Source: an uncultured Prolixibacteraceae bacterium | Lineage (GTDB): Bacteria > Bacteroidota > Bacteroidia > Bacteroidales > FEN-979 | Direction: 5' to 3' | Length of the DNA: 64,000 bases | NCBI GenBank assembly: GCA_964429135.1 | Contig: CAYSAU010000007.1 | Coordinates: 18,456 to 82,455 of the forward strand | Shown here: piece after piece, positions 57,868-64,000 of the stretch | How the letters are laid out: every line of letters begins with the position of its first letter | How positions within the stretch are numbered: the stretch's first letter is position 1 | Made by a program: the position numbers and the translations under genes | The notes under the pieces: generated by a model | What the model saw: only the letters and a program-made list of their open reading frames with translations | What the model was told of the DNA's origin: nothing | Database searches by the model: none

Positions 57868-59205
57868 ATGTTTGAAGGTTTGAGTGATAAACTCGACAGG
57901 GCGTTTAAGGTTCTGAAAGGACATGGTCATATAACAGAGATCAATGTGGCAGAGACCTTGAAAGATGTCAGAAAAGCCCTGCTTGATGCAGACGTGAGTT
58001 TCAAAATTGCCAAACAGTTTACCGATCAGGTCAAGGAAAAAGCGCTTGGTGAAAATGTCCTTACTGCCGTTTCCCCGGGCCAATTAATGGTCAAGATCGT
58101 CCATGACGAACTTGTGAAACTGATGGGAACTGAAAAATCAGAGATGAATCTGAAAAGTGATCCGGCCATTATATTAATTGCCGGTCTTCAGGGTTCAGGA
58201 AAAACAACATTTTCGGCTAAACTGGCCAATTTTCTTACCAACAGGAAATCAAAAAAAGTGTTATTGGTTGCTTGTGATGTTTACCGTCCGGCAGCCATCG
58301 AGCAGTTGAATGTCCTTGGGTCTCAGATAGGAGTTGAAGTATATAGTGAAGAAGGCAATTCCGAACCTGTAAAAATTGCTCATCGTGCCATACGTGCTGC
58401 CAAGGATAAAGGATGTCAGGTGGTGATCATCGATACTGCCGGACGCTTGTCCATTGATGAGGAGATGATGAATGAAATCGCTGAAATCAAAAAAGCAGTC
58501 AATCCCCAGGAAACCCTTTTCGTGGTCGATGCCATGACCGGTCAGGATGCTGTTAATACAGCCAAAGCCTTTAATGAAAAACTTGATTTTAATGGCGTTG
58601 TCCTGACCAAGCTGGATGGAGATACCCGTGGTGGTGCGGCACTCAGCATCAAAGCAGTTGTAAATAAACCTATAAAATTTGTCGGGCTGGGCGAAAAGAT
58701 GGATGCCATTGATATTTTCTATCCAGAACGTATGGCTGACCGTATCCTGGGTATGGGAGATATTGTATCCTTGGTGGAAAAAGCCCAGGAACAATTTGAT
58801 GAAGAAGAATCCCAAAGACTCCAGCGCAAGATTGCCAAGAATCAGTTCGACTTTAATGATTTCCTTGACCAGATCAAACAAATCAAGAAAATGGGGAATG
58901 TGAAAGATCTGCTGGGCATGATCCCCGGTATGGGGAAAGCAATCCGCAACATGGATATCGATGATAATGCCTTCAAGGGGATTGAAGCCATTATCTATGC
59001 CATGACCCCTGCGGAACGTTCAAACCCGGGCATTTTGAACGGAGGACGAAGGAAGCGTATAGCCCTTGGTTCGGGTACCAATATTCAGGAAGTGAACCGA
59101 TTGCTCAAACAATTCGAAGATACAAGGAAAATGATGAAAATGGTTTCTTCCAGCAAAGGCAGAAATATGGCCAATATGATGAAGAATATGAAAAATATGA
59201 ACTAA
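57868..59205 (+). CDS. ffh: Signal recognition particle protein Ffh
   Basis: Shows GLQGSGKTT, DTAGR, TKLDGD and a Met-rich M domain. Confidence 0.95.
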   Translation: MFEGLSDKLDRAFKVLKGHGHITEINVAETLKDVRKALLDADVSFKIAKQFTDQVKEKALGENVLTAVSPGQLMVKIVHDELVKLMGTEKSEMNLKSDPAIILIAGLQGSGKTTFSAKLANFLTNRKSKKVLLVACDVYRPAAIEQLNVLGSQIGVEVYSEEGNSEPVKIAHRAIRAAKDKGCQVVIIDTAGRLSIDEEMMNEIAEIKKAVNPQETLFVVDAMTGQDAVNTAKAFNEKLDFNGVVLTKLDGDTRGGAALSIKAVVNKPIKFVGLGEKMDAIDIFYPERMADRILGMGDIVSLVEKAQEQFDEEESQRLQRKIAKNQFDFNDFLDQIKQIKKMGNVKDLLGMIPGMGKAIRNMDIDDNAFKGIEAIIYAMTPAERSNPGILNGGRRKRIALGSGTNIQEVNRLLKQFEDTRKMMKMVSSSKGRNMANMMKNMKNMN

Positions 59206-59212
59206 TTCCGAA

Positions 59213-60097
59213 ATGATGAAAATCCTTGATGGGAAAATGGTTTCCGGCCAGATCAAGACGGAAATTGCAGATGAAGTCAAAAAAGAAAGGCTTGACAAAG
59301 GCTTGGCAGCTCCCCATATTGCAGCTATATTGGTAGGGGATGATCCGGCAAGCCAGACTTATGTGGCAGGTAAAGAAAAGGCATGCAGGGAAGTTGGCTT
59401 TATCTCTTCAGTTTACAGGTATCCCGCTCAGATTAATGAAGGTAAACTACTGGAAATAGTCGATTTTTTGAATGAGGATGATGAGATTGATGGTTTTATC
59501 GTACAATTACCCTTGCCCGCCCATATTGACGAACAAAAAATTATCGAAAGGATTAACCCATTCAAAGATATTGACGGTTTCCATCCGGTAAATATCGGGA
59601 AAATGGTCCTTGGACTTCCGGCTTATATCCCTGCCACCCCTTTGGGTATCATTACGTTGCTGGATCGGTATAACATTGAAACTGCCGGCAAATCCTGCGT
59701 CGTCCTTGGCCGGAGCCATATTGTGGGAACCCCGGTCAGCATTCTGATGTCGCGAAAACATGAAAGGGGAAATGCCACTGTTACGCTTTGCCATAGTTTT
59801 ACAAAAAATATAAAAACAATTGCCGCTGAAGCAGATATTTTAATTGTTGCCATGGGAAAACAGGGTTTTGTCACCGCAGACATGGTGAAAAATGGGGCTG
59901 TGGTCATAGATGTGGGCATTCATAGGATCTCCTCTGACGATACGAAAACGGGTTATAGGTTGAAAGGAGATGTAGCGTATGATGAAGTCTCTAGGAAGTG
60001 CAGTTATATTACCCCGGTTCCCGGAGGAATAGGTCCCATGACCATTGCCTCTCTATTGATGAATGCCCTCCAGGCCTCTAAAAGAAATGTTAAGTAA
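59213..60097 (+). CDS. folD: Bifunctional methylenetetrahydrofolate dehydrogenase/cyclohydrolase
   Basis: Shows ILVGDDPASQTYV, VQLPLP, GRS.IVG and PVPGGIGPMT. Confidence 0.93.
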   Translation: MMKILDGKMVSGQIKTEIADEVKKERLDKGLAAPHIAAILVGDDPASQTYVAGKEKACREVGFISSVYRYPAQINEGKLLEIVDFLNEDDEIDGFIVQLPLPAHIDEQKIIERINPFKDIDGFHPVNIGKMVLGLPAYIPATPLGIITLLDRYNIETAGKSCVVLGRSHIVGTPVSILMSRKHERGNATVTLCHSFTKNIKTIAAEADILIVAMGKQGFVTADMVKNGAVVIDVGIHRISSDDTKTGYRLKGDVAYDEVSRKCSYITPVPGGIGPMTIASLLMNALQASKRNVK

Positions 60098-60115
60098 ATA
60101 ATTTTGGATCATTCA

Positions 60116-60736
60116 ATGAATACTGAACTAGTGGATGGCCGCCAGCTGCCGCTGATGGAAGCATTTTATTCTATACAGGGAGAAGGCTTCAATACCGGAC
60201 AAGCCGCCTTTTTCATCAGACTCGGTGGTTGTGATGTGGGTTGCCATTGGTGTGATATTAAAGAATCATGGAAGGCCTCAGCCTTTCAAACGGTTGAGAC
60301 TGATGAAGTAATCCGTATGGCTGATGCTTATCCTGCAAAAGCTGTGGTCGTTACCGGCGGGGAACCGCTGATGGTGAACCTGAATTATTTGTGTGAAGGA
60401 TTGAAACTCACAAGTATCACCTGCTATTTGGAAACCTCGGGGTCTTTTCCGCTAAGCGGCATCTGGGACTGGATCTGCCTGTCTCCGAAAAAAGATTCTC
60501 CACCTTTACCCGCAGTATTGCCGATTGCCAATGAGTTAAAGGTAATCATCCATGAGCCTGATGATTTTACTTGGGCAGAAGAAAATGCAGGAAAAGTCGG
60601 AAAAAGTTGCTTCCTATACCTTCAGCCCGAATGGAGCAAACGGCATGAGATGATGCCTTCGATTATTAGCTACATCAAAGAACACCCGAAATGGAGGATT
60701 TCGATTCAAAGTCATAAATATATGAGGATTCCATGA
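60116..60736 (+). CDS. queE: 7-carboxy-7-deazaguanine synthase (radical SAM)
   Basis: Shows FYSIQGEG...FIRLGGCDVGCHWCD. The ATG at 60116 is preferred over the TTG at 60104. Confidence 0.85.
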   Translation: MNTELVDGRQLPLMEAFYSIQGEGFNTGQAAFFIRLGGCDVGCHWCDIKESWKASAFQTVETDEVIRMADAYPAKAVVVTGGEPLMVNLNYLCEGLKLTSITCYLETSGSFPLSGIWDWICLSPKKDSPPLPAVLPIANELKVIIHEPDDFTWAEENAGKVGKSCFLYLQPEWSKRHEMMPSIISYIKEHPKWRISIQSHKYMRIP

Positions 60737-62709
60737 GAATTATTCCGGACTTAATTAAGCCTTTCAAACTGTTCATTCCCTTCATTCTGCTGTTATTGCC
60801 CGCTCTTCTTAATGCCCAAAAACCCGAACAGTTCTTGACGACAAAAAATAAAAAAGCAGAAAAGCTTTTCTATGAATCCTATGAGGCTTATAATGCCAGG
60901 GATATGGAACGCTCACTAAACCTTCTGGAAAAGGCGATTCATGCTGACCCTGCATTTACAGAAGCCTATATTTTAAAAGGAGATATCAAATCAGATCTTT
61001 TGCTTTTTCAGGAGGCTGTTATCGCCTATCGTCATGCCATAGAGACAAGCCCGGATTTTTCACCCAACCTGTATTATATGATTGCCAGCCTGGAATTAAA
61101 AACCGGACAATATGCATCGGCCAGGCAGAGTTTTCTGAAATTTCTGACATATGAGACCATTCCATCTGTGAAGAAGGACAAGGCGTCGAATGGCATTGTT
61201 GCCTGTGATTACGGAATCCAAGCCATGAAAAACCCTGTCCCTTTTAACCCTGTAAACCTTGGGGACAGTATTAATACCCTGAACGATGAATATATCAATG
61301 CGTTATCATCAGATGACTTAAAAATCTATTTTACACGTAAGGAGGCAAGATTCAAGGATATAACCACCCATTCCCAATCCTATGAAGAGGATTTTTATCA
61401 TTCCGACAGGATCCTGGATTCCCTATGGAAAAAAGCACTAAATCTGGGACCTCCAATCAACACGAGAGGAAATGAGGGGGCCTTGACAATTTCGCCCGAC
61501 GGGCAATTTCTTTTTTTTGCTGCCTGCAATCGTCCGGATGGTTTTGGAAGTTGCGACATCTATTGGTCAAAAAAATCAGGAAATCAATGGACAACTCCGG
61601 AAAACCTCGGAGAACAGGTCAACAGTACAGCTTGGGATTCACAACCAAGCTTTTCTTCGGATGGAAAAACCCTGTATTTTGCCAGTAAAAGGCCTGGAGG
61701 GAAAGGCAGTTCGGATATCTGGAAGACCGTATTGCTTGAAAGCGGACAATGGAGTCCGCCGGAAAATCTGGGTGATTCTATTAATTCTCAAACAGAAGAA
61801 CAAACTCCCTTTATCCATCCTGATGATCATACCCTCTACTTTGCATCCCGTGGCTTTCAGGGAATGGGAGGCCTGGATCTTTTCTATTCCAGAAAAAATC
61901 CTGAAGGTCAGTGGGGAAAAGCAATGAATTTAGGGTACCCGATCAATACGTATGCAGATGAGCTGACACTCGTAGTCAATGCCAGTGGCAGAACTGCCTA
62001 TATTTCTTCGGATAAACTGGGTGGCAGGGGGAAGCAGGATATTTATTGTTTTGACCTTTATCCTGAAGCCAGACCGAATCCCGTAACTTACTTGAAAGGG
62101 ATTGTCTATCATAAGGAAACAAAGCAGCGATTGGAAGCTGGTTTTGAACTGATTGATCTCAAGGATGGAAAAACAATCGTCAATGCCACATCGGATCCTG
62201 TTAGCGGTGAATTTCTCCTGATCCTTCCTGTTGACAGGGAATATGCCCTGAATGTCAGTAAACCGGGCTATCTTTTTTATTCCGATCATTTTTCATTGAC
62301 GACGGGAAATACAGTGCTGAAACCCTTTGAAAAAAATATTCCTCTACAGGAGATCAGGATAGGGGAGACAGTGGTACTGAAAAACATTTTTTTTGATACC
62401 GACCAGTTTATTCTTAAGGATGAGTCAAAAGCAGAACTTCAAAGACTGATTGAACTACTCCGGAAAAACCCGGGGATGATGATTGAAATCAGCGGGCATA
62501 CTGACAATGCTGGCACACCACAGCATAATCTTGAACTTTCACTGAACAGGGCTAAGTCTGTTTTTGACTATCTGGTGAATAATGGGATCGGGAAAACGCG
62601 CTTGACGTATATTGGATATGGACTTTCGAAACCTGTGGACAACAATGAAACAGAACAGGGCAGGGCGAATAACAGACGTACAGAGTTTAAAATCACAGGA
62701 AACAGATAG
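60733..62709 (+). CDS. OmpA-family protein with TPR, TolB-like beta-propeller repeats and a C-terminal OmpA peptidoglycan-binding domain
   Basis: C-terminal ISGHTDNAGTPQHNLELSLNRA...NRRTEF, and WD40-like PD40 repeats (S.DG..LYFAS). Confidence 0.85.
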   Translation: MRIIPDLIKPFKLFIPFILLLLPALLNAQKPEQFLTTKNKKAEKLFYESYEAYNARDMERSLNLLEKAIHADPAFTEAYILKGDIKSDLLLFQEAVIAYRHAIETSPDFSPNLYYMIASLELKTGQYASARQSFLKFLTYETIPSVKKDKASNGIVACDYGIQAMKNPVPFNPVNLGDSINTLNDEYINALSSDDLKIYFTRKEARFKDITTHSQSYEEDFYHSDRILDSLWKKALNLGPPINTRGNEGALTISPDGQFLFFAACNRPDGFGSCDIYWSKKSGNQWTTPENLGEQVNSTAWDSQPSFSSDGKTLYFASKRPGGKGSSDIWKTVLLESGQWSPPENLGDSINSQTEEQTPFIHPDDHTLYFASRGFQGMGGLDLFYSRKNPEGQWGKAMNLGYPINTYADELTLVVNASGRTAYISSDKLGGRGKQDIYCFDLYPEARPNPVTYLKGIVYHKETKQRLEAGFELIDLKDGKTIVNATSDPVSGEFLLILPVDREYALNVSKPGYLFYSDHFSLTTGNTVLKPFEKNIPLQEIRIGETVVLKNIFFDTDQFILKDESKAELQRLIELLRKNPGMMIEISGHTDNAGTPQHNLELSLNRAKSVFDYLVNNGIGKTRLTYIGYGLSKPVDNNETEQGRANNRRTEFKITGNR

Positions 62710-62725
62710 ATTGACAAAAAAATCT

Positions 62726-62733
62726 TACCTTTG
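62726..62733 (+). promoter_or_regulatory. Candidate -7 box TACCTTTG for thrS
   Basis: A TAnnTTTG match 28 nt upstream of ATG 62761, with TTG at 62711. Confidence 0.45.
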
Positions 62734-62760
62734 CAGCCCGAAAAAAACCTGGATAGTATA

Positions 62761-64000
62761 ATGATCACAATAACCTTACCCGATAATTCAGTACGACAGT
62801 ATCCTGAAGGGACCAACGGATTGGAAATAGCAAGAAGCATAAGCGAAGGACTTGCCAGGAATGTCGTTGCCGCCAAGGTGAATGATGAAGTCTGGGATGC
62901 CACAAGACCCATTTTCAAAGACGCGAAAATCAAACTTTTAACCCTTGAGGATCCTTTAGGAAAAGCAACGCTATGGCATTCATCAGCCCACCTCATGGCT
63001 GAAGCGATTGAACTGCTCTACCCAGGGGTAAAATTCGGGATAGGACCAGATATCGAGAACGGGTTTTATTATGATATTGACTTTGGGACTTATGCAATTT
63101 CCTCAGACGATTTTCCGAAAATTGAACAAAAGATGCTCGATTTGGCGAGGGAAAAGCAGCAATTTGTACGTAAAGAGGTTACAAAATCAGAAGCTATCGC
63201 ATATTTTACAAGGAAAGGAGATGAATATAAATTAGAATTGCTTCAGGATCTTCAGGACGGCCAGATTACTTTTTATGAATCTGGTCATTTTACTGATCTC
63301 TGCCGTGGTCCTCACCTTCCTGATACAAGCATCATTAAAGCGGTAAAGCTGTTAAATATTGCCGGTGCTTACTGGAGAGGGGATGAAACCAGGAAGCAGC
63401 TGACCAGGATATATGGAATCACTTTCCAGAAACAAAAAGAACTTCAGGATTTTCTTCTGATGCTTGAGGAAGCAAAAAAACGCGACCACCGTAAACTGGG
63501 AAAGGAAATGGAATTATTTACCTTTTCACAGAAAGTCGGTCTTGGATTGCCTCTTTGGCTTCCCAAGGGAGCACAATTACGCGAACGACTGGAAATGTTT
63601 CTGAAAAGAGTTCAGAAAAAAGCAGGTTACCAGCAGGTGATTTGTCCCCATATTGGCAATGTGGAATTGTATAAAACCTCTGGACATTTTCAGAAATATG
63701 GGGAGAGCTCTTTCCGCCCGATTTCCACACCTGTTCCCGGTGAGGAATTCTTTTTGAAACCCATGAATTGCCCCCACCATTGCGAAATCTATAATGCATC
63801 ACCGCATTCCTACCGGGATCTTCCTCTGCGTCTTGCTGAATTCGGAACCGTTTACCGTTATGAACAAAGCGGGGAATTGCACGGATTGACAAGAGTCAGG
63901 GGTTTCACTCAGGATGATGCCCATATCTTTTGTACTCCTGAGCAAGTAAAAGATGAGTTCAAGGGAGTGATGGATATCGTGATGCTGATTTTCAAAGCAT
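62761..64000 (+). CDS. thrS: Threonine--tRNA ligase, 3' partial (runs off the window; absent from the ORF track)
   Basis: My own translation from 62761 gives [24 protein letters not shown] (TGS domain). Further on it reads [53 protein letters not shown]. The frame is open to nt 64000. Confidence 0.9.
   Translation, partial: MITITLPDNSVRQYPEGTNGLEIARSISEGLARNVVAAKVNDEVWDATRPIFKDAKIKLLTLEDPLGKATLWHSSAHLMAEAIELLYPGVKFGIGPDIENGFYYDIDFGTYAISSDDFPKIEQKMLDLAREKQQFVRKEVTKSEAIAYFTRKGDEYKLELLQDLQDGQITFYESGHFTDLCRGPHLPDTSIIKAVKLLNIAGAYWRGDETRKQLTRIYGITFQKQKELQDFLLMLEEAKKRDHRKLGKEMELFTFSQKVGLGLPLWLPKGAQLRERLEMFLKRVQKKAGYQQVICPHIGNVELYKTSGHFQKYGESSFRPISTPVPGEEFFLKPMNCPHHCEIYNASPHSYRDLPLRLAEFGTVYRYEQSGELHGLTRVRGFTQDDAHIFCTPEQVKDEFKGVMDIVMLIFKA

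Noticed and set aside
62568-63892. Minus-strand ORFs of 142, 124 and 67 aa at the 3' end of the window.
   Set aside because: They are antisense to a clear thrS reading frame, which is open from 62761 to the window end and has strong class-II synthetase motifs.
1-64000. A search for CRISPR arrays, transposases, integrases, long direct or inverted repeats and toxin-antitoxin pairs.
   Set aside because: I found none by eye. Gene content outside the first 15 kb is conserved Bacteroidota housekeeping synteny (ftsK-lolA, parAB-dapB-lepB, tig-clpP-clpX, pyrBI, ffh-folD).

Overview
This window looks like a mostly housekeeping chromosomal segment from an anaerobic Bacteroidota-type genome. Supporting signs are T9SS components (a PorQ-like protein and a CTD cargo protein), GWxTD, DUF5683, DUF3276 and DUF4294 proteins, a parA-parB-DUF5683-dapB-lepB block, and many TAnnTTTG -7 boxes. 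About 50 CDS are well supported. They include thrS, which runs off the 3' end and is missing from the ORF track. There are also 4 tRNAs (Leu-TAG, His-GTG, Ser-TGA, Ser-CGA), a TPP riboswitch and several intrinsic terminators. I saw no CRISPR array, transposase, integrase or obvious defence island.

The unusual part is the first 15 kb, a hydrogen-metabolism neighbourhood with these parts:
- A 5'-truncated PAS-containing sensory [FeFe]-hydrogenase-like protein whose H-cluster motifs are degenerate, followed by a PP2C phosphatase.
- A four-gene Hnd/HydABC-type hydrogenase operon with a full-length HydB.
- An OmpR/histidine-kinase pair with phased TTAAC repeats in its divergent promoter region.
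- A second hydC-hydB-hydA operon. Its HydB is a minimal NuoF core, and its HydA has TSCSP in place of the canonical TSCCP.
- Rex-like operators (TTGTGAA-N4-TTCACAA class) upstream of both hydrogenase operons.

Smaller oddities elsewhere:
- A trigger factor with no PPIase domain and a His-rich tail.
- A tRNA-His with two acceptor-stem mismatches.
- An AlbA_2/Schlafen-like protein next to tandem tRNA-Ser genes.
- A GT2 fused to a gutted phosphoglycosyl-transferase domain.

All calls rest on motif recognition by eye. No database search or folding was run.
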